Positions 19,675-29,109 of a stretch of DNA of 64,000 bases are shown here, piece by piece. The first letter of the stretch is position 1, and each line of letters begins with the position of its first letter. The notes beneath the pieces are model-generated. The model was not told the DNA's origin and did not search any database. It saw nothing but the letters and a program-made list of their open reading frames with translations. Both the position numbers and the translations under genes were made by a program. The stretch comes from a virus, in the IMG/VR virus record IMGVR_UViG_3300025276_000026, positions 33,369 through 97,368 of that record, one strand, 5' to 3'.

Positions 19675-20609
19675 TTGAATTTGCATTCTCCCATGACTTC
19701 TGTTAGACATGCAACAAAGTTAATCTCTGAGTCCATTGCAAAAGCTGCTTTGTATTGATAGTCTGCAATTATTAAAACTGCAGCTGGTATTGATTGTGGT
19801 TCGAGTTTAGTTTCAAGTGCATTGAAAACTTTTCGGAATAATGTATTGAAGTCATTGTCGGAATTAGTTCCAACCCACTTCCTCATTGCCGACCAGTTCT
19901 TTGACTTAATCATATCGACCAGTGGTGTTAACTTCTCTTCCGATAAGGTTGAGATGAGTCCACTATCAATTACACCACTTACACCGTAACGTTGAATCTC
20001 ATTGAGACATCTACGGAAATCGGGGAAGAACTTCATGATTAATTCTGCAAGGACTTTAGGGTCTGCCTCAATCTTTTCTATCTCACAAATGTTCTTACAT
20101 CTTGACAACATCTGTTGTGCAAGTTGAGGTCTTTGTGTTGGTGTTATTGAAAAATCTATAACTGTAGTTCTAGAATGTAATGGTGGAATAATTCTATTCT
20201 TGTAATTACATGTAAAGATAAATCTACAATTGGACGAGAACTCTTCTATGAAGTTTCTCAAAGCTGGTTGAACTGAGTCTGCAGATATGTAATCTGCTTC
20301 GTCTAAGATAACGACCTTTGCACCACCCGATAATGAAACCGAAGATGCAAAGTTCTTAATCTTTGTTCTGAGTGTGTCAATCAAACGTCCTTCATCGGAA
20401 CCGTTGATTACTATAAAGTCTGCATCGAGTTCATTACACAATGCTTTTGCAACCGTTGTTTTACCAACACCTGCTGACCCACACAATAATAGGTTAGGTA
20501 TCTCTCCCTGCTTTACAAATTCCTTAAAGGTTTCTTTAAGTTCTTTTGGTAGTATGGTGTCCTCAATTGTTTGAGGACGATACTTTTCTACATAGAGAAA
20601 TTCATTCAT
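19671..20609 (-). CDS. gp44: clamp loader large subunit (RFC-like AAA+)
   Basis: EKYRP, GSAGVGKTT, DEAD, HSRT; start set at MNEFL. Confidence 0.95.
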   Translation of the reverse strand: MNEFLYVEKYRPQTIEDTILPKELKETFKEFVKQGEIPNLLLCGSAGVGKTTVAKALCNELDADFIVINGSDEGRLIDTLRTKIKNFASSVSLSGGAKVVILDEADYISADSVQPALRNFIEEFSSNCRFIFTCNYKNRIIPPLHSRTTVIDFSITPTQRPQLAQQMLSRCKNICEIEKIEADPKVLAELIMKFFPDFRRCLNEIQRYGVSGVIDSGLISTLSEEKLTPLVDMIKSKNWSAMRKWVGTNSDNDFNTLFRKVFNALETKLEPQSIPAAVLIIADYQYKAAFAMDSEINFVACLTEVMGECKFK

Positions 20610-20701
20610 AGGAGCAAACCCCCCACCGAGTTTGCAGTGCAGACAACCCATTGATGAGTGAAGTCTACTCCCGCGTATATTGCAGAGACTGGCACAATAT
20701 T
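20610..20701 (-). ncRNA. putative structured 5' leader RNA of gp44
   Basis: GC-rich intergenic region with several nested complementary segments (see findings). Confidence 0.4.
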
Positions 20702-20720
20702 CACACTATTAATATATAGG

Positions 20721-21392
20721 TTAGGCATTGTATTTGCTGTCTGGCTCCAGTGCAATAAAGTACTCAAGTTCTACATCTACATTATTGAAATGAGATATAC
20801 CTTTTGATGATACTTGAACATCATAGTTACCGTCTAGAATTTTAAGATTCTCCATCTTGAAATTCATTTCATAAGATGTACCATCACTCTCTGCTTCTAC
20901 GATTCTTGAGAACGTATTAGAAGAAGGACTCTTCTTATCTGTAACAACTAATGTTACGACTGTACCATCTGACTTAAGAACTAAATCATTAACACCTAGA
21001 ACTGCAGCTGCTTTCTTCAAGTCACCTAACAATGTGGATGTTACTTTGAATTCAATCTCTGCCTCTGGCATAGTTATCATCTTGTCGGGTGCAGTCACCA
21101 TACCTTCCGCTGCATAGAAATATGCGAGAGAGGAATTGTTATCTGCCACAGACAATGACGAAGCATTGAATTGGAAGTCGGGGTCATCCATTAAGGATGT
21201 TGCACCTAAGAATTCTGGCAAGTTGTATATACTGAAGTCTTGAGGGAATTCCTCAGACACAGTTGCAACTGCAAGAATGTTTTTCATATTGGAAATAGTT
21301 TCCAGTTTGTTGCCTGTTTTGACTCGAATGCCCGAGTTTATAGTCGAGAAGTTCTTTAGAACATCTTTTGTATCATTACTAATTTTCATCAC
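20721..21392 (-). CDS. gp45: sliding clamp
   Basis: LKNFSTINSGI, IYNLPEFLG, YFIALEPDS. Confidence 0.95.
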   Translation of the reverse strand: MMKISNDTKDVLKNFSTINSGIRVKTGNKLETISNMKNILAVATVSEEFPQDFSIYNLPEFLGATSLMDDPDFQFNASSLSVADNNSSLAYFYAAEGMVTAPDKMITMPEAEIEFKVTSTLLGDLKKAAAVLGVNDLVLKSDGTVVTLVVTDKKSPSSNTFSRIVEAESDGTSYEMNFKMENLKILDGNYDVQVSSKGISHFNNVDVELEYFIALEPDSKYNA

Positions 21393-21715
21393 TAGTTAGT
21401 CTCCTTTTTGTAGCCCGATTCCTCGAGCAATAATTTATCGTGGTTGTTAAGGGCAAGGAATCCATAATGGATTACCTTCAATAGGTCGGCACGATTCTTC
21501 CCACCCTTTTTCCCATATCTCTGGGCATATTTCATAATATTCCCAACACAGAATCCTTCACCGTGACCTGCGTCCATGATAAACTCTGTTGCTTGATATT
21601 TGTTAAGACTATAATGTTGGTCGTAAGTCGAGTCAACATATGAAGTGAACTCCTTTAAGAGTTCTCCTTCATTGTATTTGTAGTCTACAGTCTTAATAGT
21701 TTTATTCCAATACAT
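21392..21715 (-). CDS. DUF3310-like protein
   Basis: HY...GFCVGNIMKYAQRYGKKGG...DLLKVIHY. Confidence 0.75.
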   Translation of the reverse strand: MYWNKTIKTVDYKYNEGELLKEFTSYVDSTYDQHYSLNKYQATEFIMDAGHGEGFCVGNIMKYAQRYGKKGGKNRADLLKVIHYGFLALNNHDKLLLEESGYKKETN

Positions 21716-21721
21716 GATACT

Positions 21722-21750
21722 AGTATACTCCTAGTAGTCCGATTGGTCAA
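21722..21750 (-). promoter_or_regulatory. early promoter (probably leaderless)
   Basis: TTGACC-17nt-TATACT, ATG 6 nt downstream. Confidence 0.65.
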
Positions 21751-22969
21751 TAGTGTTTTCTGAACTTTCTGCATTCAAGTCGATGCCTGCATCAATCTTG
21801 GAGTAGAGGTCAAGAATACTGTTTCTAGTTTCTTCGTCGAACCTAGAGATACACATTGTAATTGACTTGAGTTTGTCATTGAACATTCTGAATGCATTGA
21901 CAATGTGAACAAGTCTTCTAGTCGTAACAACATCGTCGATACCACCTTCGTAATATGTTTTTCTAATGATGTCAGCCCAGTCAACAAGTTTCTCACAGAA
22001 CTCTGTGTCAACTTCACCAGTAAGACCCATCTCTTTTGTAAGGATTGTCTTCTCAATTTTCACTGGTGGATATTCTTGTTGCATCGTAATTGCAAACCTT
22101 TCCAACATCGCTTCGTTCATGATTTGAGTTCCAATGAACTTTCCATCGTCTGAACCTTGACCTTTAGTGTTTGCAGTTGCAAGAACTGTAAACCCAGCAG
22201 TAGGTGAAACCCACTCACCAGTCTTCTTAATAAGGTAACCTTTACCTTCTAGAACTGATTGTAGACACATCAACTTGTTAGAACCTAAGTCCACTTCGTC
22301 AAGAAGTAACACGGCACCTTTTCTCATTGCTTTGATAACTGGGCCTTCTCTAAAGATGACGTTACCATTCTGCAAAGTGTGACCACCCATTAGGTCGTCC
22401 TCATCGGTCTCGATAGTAATGTTAACTCTGTAAAGTTCTCTCTTCAATTGAGCACAAGTTTGTTCTATCATTAACGTTTTACCATTACCACTCAGACCAG
22501 TAACGAATACTGGAAAGAACAATTTGGATTTGATAATGTTCTTGACATCTTTGAAATGTCCGAAAGGAACATAGTTAGACATAATCTCGGGGATGATTTT
22601 AACACCATCGTCGAGTAGATTGACTGACTCTGTTTGAGCTGCAACTGGCATATTACTTGGGGAAGCAATTGATGTAATTGGAGCAGCCTTTGTAGAAACT
22701 GCAACTGGAACATCATCTGAATACCCACCGTTATAACCAGTGATAACTGCTTGAAGGTTGTACAACAAAGGCCCAGTCTCTTGGGTTTCTTTGAAGTCAT
22801 ACTTCGAGGATTTTATCCATGAAGGGAAATATCCATCAAAGGCATCTTTGATTTCTTTCCTTCCAAAGGAAGTTTGGTTAGGGAATTTCGTAACGAGTTC
22901 TCCCAAAAACTCAGCCCTGTCGGGTGTGTAAGAAAATTTCTTACCGTTAACATCAATTGAATTTGTCAT
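21731..22969 (-). CDS. MoxR/CobS-like AAA+ ATPase
   Basis: GLSGNGKT, LLLDEVD, ATANTKG, ERF; start set after AGGAG at MTNSID. Confidence 0.9.
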   Translation of the reverse strand: MTNSIDVNGKKFSYTPDRAEFLGELVTKFPNQTSFGRKEIKDAFDGYFPSWIKSSKYDFKETQETGPLLYNLQAVITGYNGGYSDDVPVAVSTKAAPITSIASPSNMPVAAQTESVNLLDDGVKIIPEIMSNYVPFGHFKDVKNIIKSKLFFPVFVTGLSGNGKTLMIEQTCAQLKRELYRVNITIETDEDDLMGGHTLQNGNVIFREGPVIKAMRKGAVLLLDEVDLGSNKLMCLQSVLEGKGYLIKKTGEWVSPTAGFTVLATANTKGQGSDDGKFIGTQIMNEAMLERFAITMQQEYPPVKIEKTILTKEMGLTGEVDTEFCEKLVDWADIIRKTYYEGGIDDVVTTRRLVHIVNAFRMFNDKLKSITMCISRFDEETRNSILDLYSKIDAGIDLNAESSENTIDQSDY

Positions 22970-23009
22970 ATAGTCTCCTTGTCTTTCAATTTGTTTTCTC
23001 ATCATGTAT

Positions 23010-23039
23010 ATAATAACAAAAAGCTGGGGGCATTGTCAA
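23010..23039 (-). promoter_or_regulatory. early promoter
   Basis: TTGACA-18nt-TATTAT; shares GCTTTTTGTTAT with the promoters at 26546 and 38260. Confidence 0.7.
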
Positions 23040-23041
23040 GG

Positions 23042-23314
23042 CTACTTTAGCGACTCGAATCTAGTTCCCATTTTCTCTAAGCATTTCACAACGCCCTTCT
23101 TGTTTCTTTCGGTCAAATAGTTCTCACCTTTGTTGACCCATATTCTGAATGCAAAGCATTCCTTTTCTTCAGACTTACATTCTTGTATCTTTGGACAATC
23201 ATGGAATGTACATGGGGCAGGCCCAACATCCATAACTGCATCTGCAAATTTGGAATAGTCTGATTGGTGGTTTATGTAATACGCCTCGTCTACTCTAAGT
23301 GGGTCTCTATTCAT
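23042..23314 (-). CDS. hypothetical Cys-rich protein
   Basis: C-x4-C-x5-C-x6-C pattern. Confidence 0.6.
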   Translation of the reverse strand: MNRDPLRVDEAYYINHQSDYSKFADAVMDVGPAPCTFHDCPKIQECKSEEKECFAFRIWVNKGENYLTERNKKGVVKCLEKMGTRFESLK

Positions 23315-25683
23315 TATGATATCTCCTTGATAAATTCATTTGTTAAAAATCTTGATGTAGTTTTTGCTCTCTGATTTCTTTTGAAAGCTGCCATGACTTT
23401 TGACTTCTTGGCATCGAACAATTCGTCGGACAGTTCGTCTGAACCTTCAGCCGATAACGATGAGGTTGCAGTCAAGAATAATTTTCCGTATCCGTGAGCC
23501 TCAACAACCAATCCGTTTTTTCTAATCTCCATCCAAAGAGCTCTGTCGTTATGGTAAACTGTATCTTTATGTTCTGTGTATTGCATGATGTCCATCATGT
23601 CTGCTTTCTTGTCTAGGCAGAAGTAACCAGTGACAGTAACGTTACAAGTTTTTGACAACCAAGACAAAAGGTTCTGAGTCTTTTTGAAGTCATTGCTGTA
23701 TCTTGCACTGTATCTGTTACTTCTCTGAATTTCTTGATAAGGAAATACTTTGTTATCGTAAGGGTCAATGATTTCTGTCATCTCATTCATATCCCAAGAA
23801 TCTATTCCTTGTGCTTTTGCCCAGTCGTATTTCTCATCTCTATCCCCATCATTAAGAAGTGGAGAAGAGTGTGAGTAACCATCTGTGATAACTGTTAAGA
23901 TTGACTTCTCGATACTGTATGCAGTGTTGAACTCAGGCAGTAACTTTCTCATTGCAACTAAACAATGGTTCAGAGGAGTGCCACCTAATCTGTAATTGAC
24001 AGGTCTGCAACCAGTGTTGAAGTGAACGTAGTACTCATTCTCGTCAAGTAGTAACTCAGAGTCATTGTAAAACTCATTATGTTTTGCAATAGTCTTCTCA
24101 GAACTTCTCCATCCAAACTTTCCTAGGAAGTGATTGTTCCAAAGAGCTGCAACGTTCTTCATCATCTTTGTATATTTTTTGTTGTTCATTTCGTTAGAGA
24201 ATATTTCTACAAGGTTTCCTGCGTCGGTACCGTAAGTGTATTCTTCTTCCGCTGCATATGCATCTGAGAACAAGTAGATTCTGTGAGGGATGTTAGTCGC
24301 TCTACAGAATTCTGAAAGGATAATTGTTTGTTCTAATAAGTCAGCACAACTGTTACCAATTGAACCACTCCAATCAAGTAAAACATTCACACCATGATTT
24401 TGTCCATCTGGCAAGTAAGTAACTCTTTTGAAAACGTCATCGACGATTTGATACTTTGCAAGTTTGTTCATGTCTAACTTTCCAGTTTTACCACTGAAAG
24501 CTTTAACACTTCTCATTGCAGTCTGTCTCATTTCAAATTCTTTTGCCATGTGCATAACAAGTTTCTTGTTCTTGTCTCTAAGTTTCTTAGAAGTGAACTC
24601 TGCTCTGTAATCTGATTTCGACTTGTTTTCTTTGACCCAAAAAGTATCCCAGTCAGCAAGAACTTTATCATGACCGATAACTAAATCAACATTTGATTTC
24701 TTTTTGAAAACTTCTCTTAAGTTTATTTGAGTTCTCCATGTTGGAGTGTCTTCTTGAAACATCTCTTCATTGTTATGTGCATTATGTTCAGTGATTGATT
24801 CCCTTGCTCCTTGAGCATCGTCGAAGTCTTCGGCAGTACCTTGACTACCCTCTTTACCACCAGTAGATTTTCTACCTTCTTCTTCTGACTCGTCATCGTC
24901 TTCATCGGTGTCATCTGAATCATCACCACCGTCACCGTACTCGGGTGCTTCTGGCAGGTTGTCTTCACTATCGTCTTCGTCTTCTTCTTCTGAGTCTGAA
25001 GTATCATCGTTCCACTCTTCAGAACCAGTTGACTCGTCACCTTCTTCTTGGTCTTCGTCGTCGTCTCCCTCGGAAGGAATGTAAGTCTGAGGAACTAATG
25101 CTTCGTCGTCTTCAGTTCTTGTCTCGTTTTCTTTAGACCACTCATAGATAGCAGTTGCACAAACCACAACGTCTTCCCAAGTCTGACAAGCTTCTGCCAT
25201 GTCTAGGAATACTTGTTCTTCTTTTGTTAGGTTGATTGTAATTCTTGAACCACACTTAGTAATAAGATTAATCTTATCAATTATTGAAAGTTCCTGTAAG
25301 TCTCTTTTTGCAATTCCGAAGAAGTCCTTTTCCATCAACTCATTGTATGCAGTGTAGAAAGATTTTCTTAGTCCTTGAAATTTTAGTTTGATTGCTTTCT
25401 CAATTCTGACATCCTCAACAACGTTAAGGTAACCTTTAAGAGTTTTGTTTTTAGTCAATGCATTATGAAGACCCTCGTAAGGTGTGTTCAATGCATGACC
25501 AACTTCGTGACCCATGAACAAGTCATAAAGTTCATTACTAATTCCTTCTTTGAAAGTAGGACAAGCAAGTATCCTATTCTTGACATCGAAGTATGCAGTA
25601 GGTATTGGTTTGTGAACAATAGTAATGTTCTCAGTCGCCATTAACTTTGCAAGTTGGTCTTTTTGGTTTCTAGTATTTGTCAT
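23314..25683 (-). CDS. zincin peptidase + acidic linker + vWA domain protein (CobT-like partner of the AAA ATPase)
   Basis: HEVGH motif; D/E-rich linker; LLDWSGS, GGTP, ITDG MIDAS motifs. Confidence 0.85.
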   Translation of the reverse strand: MTNTRNQKDQLAKLMATENITIVHKPIPTAYFDVKNRILACPTFKEGISNELYDLFMGHEVGHALNTPYEGLHNALTKNKTLKGYLNVVEDVRIEKAIKLKFQGLRKSFYTAYNELMEKDFFGIAKRDLQELSIIDKINLITKCGSRITINLTKEEQVFLDMAEACQTWEDVVVCATAIYEWSKENETRTEDDEALVPQTYIPSEGDDDEDQEEGDESTGSEEWNDDTSDSEEEDEDDSEDNLPEAPEYGDGGDDSDDTDEDDDESEEEGRKSTGGKEGSQGTAEDFDDAQGARESITEHNAHNNEEMFQEDTPTWRTQINLREVFKKKSNVDLVIGHDKVLADWDTFWVKENKSKSDYRAEFTSKKLRDKNKKLVMHMAKEFEMRQTAMRSVKAFSGKTGKLDMNKLAKYQIVDDVFKRVTYLPDGQNHGVNVLLDWSGSIGNSCADLLEQTIILSEFCRATNIPHRIYLFSDAYAAEEEYTYGTDAGNLVEIFSNEMNNKKYTKMMKNVAALWNNHFLGKFGWRSSEKTIAKHNEFYNDSELLLDENEYYVHFNTGCRPVNYRLGGTPLNHCLVAMRKLLPEFNTAYSIEKSILTVITDGYSHSSPLLNDGDRDEKYDWAKAQGIDSWDMNEMTEIIDPYDNKVFPYQEIQRSNRYSARYSNDFKKTQNLLSWLSKTCNVTVTGYFCLDKKADMMDIMQYTEHKDTVYHNDRALWMEIRKNGLVVEAHGYGKLFLTATSSLSAEGSDELSDELFDAKKSKVMAAFKRNQRAKTTSRFLTNEFIKEIS

Positions 25684-25711
25684 AATTAATTTGTTTCCCG
25701 ATTCAGACTAT

Positions 25712-25741
25712 AGTATATCAAAATAGCTGATGCATTGTCAA
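25712..25741 (-). promoter_or_regulatory. early promoter
   Basis: TTGACA-18nt-TATACT. Confidence 0.7.
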
Positions 25742-25744
25742 GGC

Positions 25745-25927
25745 TTAGATTGTAATAAATTTTCGTCTTGATTTTGAGAATTGTTTCATTGGAGACTTGA
25801 AGATGATTTCTTCAGTGGTTCCTTGTTTGATATAACCAACTAACTGTAAAGCTTTGTTTACTATGTAAGTGTGGTTCTTGCATGGGTATTCACCCCAATC
25901 TGTAATCTCTTTTAAATAAGTATTCAT
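25745..25927 (-). CDS. hypothetical protein
   Basis: 60 aa; LKEITDW...NHTY...FSKSRRKF; TAATG coupling. Confidence 0.65.
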   Translation of the reverse strand: MNTYLKEITDWGEYPCKNHTYIVNKALQLVGYIKQGTTEEIIFKSPMKQFSKSRRKFITI

Positions 25928-26091
25928 TATACAGTATCCAAATGTGTTCTAAGTTGATTGAAATATACCTTTCCAATATTTGGATAATTCATAACCTGTC
26001 TATAGTGTTGAACAATATTTTCCTTAGTAAGTTTGACACCAAGGTCACTTTCAATCCAAGACAATACTATTAAGAATTTTTGATGTTTCAT
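25927..26091 (-). CDS. hypothetical protein (54 aa)
   Basis: Manual translation MKHQKFLIVLSWIESDLG...; TAATG coupling at both ends. Confidence 0.6.
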   Translation of the reverse strand: MKHQKFLIVLSWIESDLGVKLTKENIVQHYRQVMNYPNIGKVYFNQLRTHLDTV

Positions 26092-26387
26092 TATGCAGCG
26101 ACCTTTAAGTAGGTAGTGTATGATTCGTAGTGACCACTTGTTCCGATTGCAGAGTTGTCACATCCTCTTCCGTCTGTCCACATTTCTAACTCGATGTTAT
26201 CATATGAAGTTGAAGGGATTAACACTTTAGGATATTTTTGTTTAAGGTTCCAATCATACTCGTGGTTGATTGATGTAATCTTGACGACTAGATGGTCGTC
26301 ATGAATTTCTTTGAGGTAACCATTGTAGTAGTCACCGTTCTGTTTCCACTGTACTTGTTCGTACTCTTCTAACCACTCATCCCACAT
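26091..26387 (-). CDS. hypothetical protein (98 aa)
   Basis: Start set at MWDEWLEE by AGGAG RBS and TAATG coupling. Confidence 0.65.
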   Translation of the reverse strand: MWDEWLEEYEQVQWKQNGDYYNGYLKEIHDDHLVVKITSINHEYDWNLKQKYPKVLIPSTSYDNIELEMWTDGRGCDNSAIGTSGHYESYTTYLKVAA

Positions 26388-26512
26388 TATGACTGACTCC
26401 TTAAAAGTGCAGTTGCATATTCCGTCATGGAAACACCCTCGGCACCAGTGTACTTTGATAACTTGCTGATGTTTACAGCAGTAAGTTTCATACAGATTTC
26501 TTGAATAGTCAT
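26387..26512 (-). CDS. hypothetical early protein (41 aa)
   Basis: MTIQEICMKL...; GAGG RBS; first gene after an early promoter. Confidence 0.55.
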   Translation of the reverse strand: MTIQEICMKLTAVNISKLSKYTGAEGVSMTEYATALLRSQS

Positions 26513-26545
26513 ATTTGTTCCTCTTTGATTTTTCATTATATACAT

Positions 26546-26575
26546 AGTATAACAAAAAGCCAGAGGCATCGTCAA
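26546..26575 (-). promoter_or_regulatory. early promoter
   Basis: TTGACG-18nt-TATACT. Confidence 0.7.
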
Positions 26576-26582
26576 GGCATGA

Positions 26583-27251
26583 TTAGCGAAGGATGTGGGA
26601 GTTTCTTTCTCGGATTTGGTGTTGGTTTTCGTCTAGGTTTAGACGTTCGTCGACTAGGATTCTGTCCTCGATATCTGTGAACCACATTGAAATGGTGTGT
26701 CTCGAGCCCCTTCTCACAGTTTGTACGCCATGTTCAAGGTATAGACCTTGGAATAGAAGACCCCCAGCGGTCTCTATGGGATGCTCATGGCCTATTGGGA
26801 AGGTGTCACTGGGTGGAAAATAAGTTGTTCCACCACGGAAATTGTCGTTTAAATAAAGGATGCACGTCCATTCTCTAGAGTTTCCTTTCTCGGGAACTGC
26901 ATTTTCATTAATCTCTGAATTAGAATAGGTATCGTAGTGTGGTTTTTGTACTCCACCAATTTCCCATTCGTTAAGTGCAATCATTTCGGGATAGAAATGT
27001 TGTCCTGTTTCTTTGTATATTTCGGATGTACATTGCTGAGCTGCACGTCTAATACAATCACGAACCCATGGGGTTTTTATGTGAACGTAATCAATAGCAC
27101 GGTAATCTGTACCGTCACCAATTGTTCTTAGATGTTTATGCTTTAGATGATACGTTATCAGACTCTTGCAGTCTTGTGGACTCAACATGTTCTGAAGACT
27201 TATCGGCTGATACACTTTGGATGTATTTGGCAAGTGCTTGTCGTTTCTCAT
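26583..27251 (-). CDS. 2OG-Fe(II) oxygenase (prolyl-4-hydroxylase-like); start uncertain
   Basis: KPHYD, CILYLNDNFRGGTTYF, EHGV, RHTISMW. Confidence 0.85.
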   Translation of the reverse strand: MRNDKHLPNTSKVYQPISLQNMLSPQDCKSLITYHLKHKHLRTIGDGTDYRAIDYVHIKTPWVRDCIRRAAQQCTSEIYKETGQHFYPEMIALNEWEIGGVQKPHYDTYSNSEINENAVPEKGNSREWTCILYLNDNFRGGTTYFPPSDTFPIGHEHPIETAGGLLFQGLYLEHGVQTVRRGSRHTISMWFTDIEDRILVDERLNLDENQHQIRERNSHILR

Positions 27252-27750
27252 ACTCTATTCTCTTAGCTTTTTCTTTAGGTCGTGATTTCAATGCACGGTC
27301 TAGTTTCAATTTTGAAGCACGTTGTAAAAAGATGATACCATTAAGATGGTCAACTTCATGTTGAACACATCTTGATGCGAGTCCATCTAGACTTATAACT
27401 ATTTCTTCACCTTGTGCAGTCTGATATTTTAGTTCTATCATCTTTGCACGTTTAATCATAAGGTACATATCGGGGAACGATAAGCAACCTTCTTTCATCA
27501 AATCTGTTTCTTGGGATATCTTTGTTATCTCGGGATTAAAGAAACATACATTTCCTTGGTCTTGAGATTTCATTACAAAGACTCTTGCATCCAGTCCTAC
27601 TTGGTTTGCACTCAAACCTATTCCACCGAATCTACCCATTGCATCTGACAATGCTTTTTCTATTTCTTCTGCATCCGTTCTTTTTTCAAAGTCGAAAGTT
27701 TGTGGTGGGGTTCTTAAAACCTTTGAGGCTTCTTCTATCAATTGATACAT
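27136..27750 (-). CDS. def: peptide deformylase
   Basis: GIGLSANQVG, EGCLS, QHEVDHLNG. Confidence 0.95.
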   Translation of the reverse strand: MYQLIEEASKVLRTPPQTFDFEKRTDAEEIEKALSDAMGRFGGIGLSANQVGLDARVFVMKSQDQGNVCFFNPEITKISQETDLMKEGCLSFPDMYLMIKRAKMIELKYQTAQGEEIVISLDGLASRCVQHEVDHLNGIIFLQRASKLKLDRALKSRPKEKAKRIEYEKRQALAKYIQSVSADKSSEHVESTRLQESDNVSSKA

Positions 27751-27752
27751 AT

Positions 27753-29096
27753 TTATTTCTTAAGTAGACCGTTATATTTAACGGCAAGGTTATAATATTG
27801 CCCGAGTTTCTTAAGTCCAGCATGTCCTGCCTTGTTAGTCCTCACTGACATCTGCATGGTATACGTTGTATCTTTCGATGCAAGATGTATAAACCAATTT
27901 TGTTTTGATGATTTAGAAGCTTCTGCTTTAATGAACTTAACTACTGGTAAAAATACTCCGAGTTCATCATCATCTGTAACCTGCTCATACGTGGAACCAA
28001 TTCCTTTAATAACTTTGGTTGGAACGCCTGGGGCTTCACGTAAAATTTCTTTCTTTATATAGTCAAATGATTTGCCACCTTGTTTCCCATTCTTATTGAA
28101 TAGGTCTATCAGTGATTGACGGACTATCTCTAGTACTTGATTGTAGTACTCTTCATATTGTTTGTTGTTATTTTTATCTAAGTCCTTTAGAACTTGTTGT
28201 GTAGTCTTTCTATCTTTACTATCATACGTTGCAGAAGAAGGCATACCTTCAATCTTTGAGTATACTTTCTTATGTAAGTCTAGTGATAGTTTCTTAACAT
28301 CTTTACCACTTGAAAATGCTTGGAATACTGGATTCACATATGTGTTAAGTTTTGGTTCTGAAGTTTTCTTACCACCTGCTTTAAGAGAGGTTCCTAAGAG
28401 AGCTCCATCTGTAAATTGTAAAAAGATATCGCCTGGATGTTTGGGTGGGACTCCAGCTGGTTTTGCACGGTACCCCCAAAAGACACTCTTGATTGATTTT
28501 TCTTTCATCTCATCATAGATATACTTTGTAATACCTATTGCATTCTCAACCTTCTCTGTAAACTTGGATGACTCTTCTGCTTGTGCAATGAAATCTTTTG
28601 CTGATTGTTTGTCTGAAGCACCAACACATTTTAACTTGTCAACGTCCTGTGTAAGTATCCACTCATAGAATGATGGTACCGACTTAGGTTTGTAACGTTT
28701 TTCCCATGCAATGCAAGGGAAGAGTTCTGTGATACTTGAATTCAGTGTTGTCTCATTCATGCCACCACTCTTGGGTTTAAACATGATGATTGCACGGTCT
28801 CCATTCAATGATGGGATAAAGATAGGGTCAAAACTTGATAGAGAACTTCCTTTAACTTCTGCAGTAATATCTGCATTCCTTAATTTCTTTTCCATCTCAT
28901 CTCTATCAGCATCTCTGTCCTGTGTCTTAACAACAAAAACTGTAGTCTTAGTATTAGATTTCTTATGCTTCTCAATCGTCAACCCATCTATTACTTCCGA
29001 AGGTAGGTCATTGACTTCTAATGCTTCGTCGAGTGAAGGAATATCTAGTCTGATATCCTCAAGTTTGGGGTCGAGTAATTCGTTGAATGATTTCAT
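27753..29096 (-). CDS. late-expressed hypothetical protein with possible PD-(D/E)xK nuclease motif
   Basis: HPGDIFL...GTSLK; N-terminus MKSFNELL; TAAATA 5 nt upstream of ATG. Confidence 0.5.
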   Translation of the reverse strand: MKSFNELLDPKLEDIRLDIPSLDEALEVNDLPSEVIDGLTIEKHKKSNTKTTVFVVKTQDRDADRDEMEKKLRNADITAEVKGSSLSSFDPIFIPSLNGDRAIIMFKPKSGGMNETTLNSSITELFPCIAWEKRYKPKSVPSFYEWILTQDVDKLKCVGASDKQSAKDFIAQAEESSKFTEKVENAIGITKYIYDEMKEKSIKSVFWGYRAKPAGVPPKHPGDIFLQFTDGALLGTSLKAGGKKTSEPKLNTYVNPVFQAFSSGKDVKKLSLDLHKKVYSKIEGMPSSATYDSKDRKTTQQVLKDLDKNNNKQYEEYYNQVLEIVRQSLIDLFNKNGKQGGKSFDYIKKEILREAPGVPTKVIKGIGSTYEQVTDDDELGVFLPVVKFIKAEASKSSKQNWFIHLASKDTTYTMQMSVRTNKAGHAGLKKLGQYYNLAVKYNGLLKK

Positions 29097-29109
29097 AATA
29101 CTATTTATC

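Noticed and set aside
24840-25075. Low-complexity (tcg/tct/tca)n stretch as a repeat element
   Set aside because: It encodes the Asp/Glu-rich linker of the vWA protein
21731-25683. Cobalamin biosynthesis (cobS/cobT) as a metabolic function
   Set aside because: No cobN or other cob genes; the partner has a zincin domain; better explained as a generic MoxR-vWA pair
26388-26575. Upstream extensions of ORFs 26091-26555 and 26387-26575 (likewise 38260 and 20651 starts)
   Set aside because: The extensions run through promoter or leader sequence; downstream starts have RBS or coupling support
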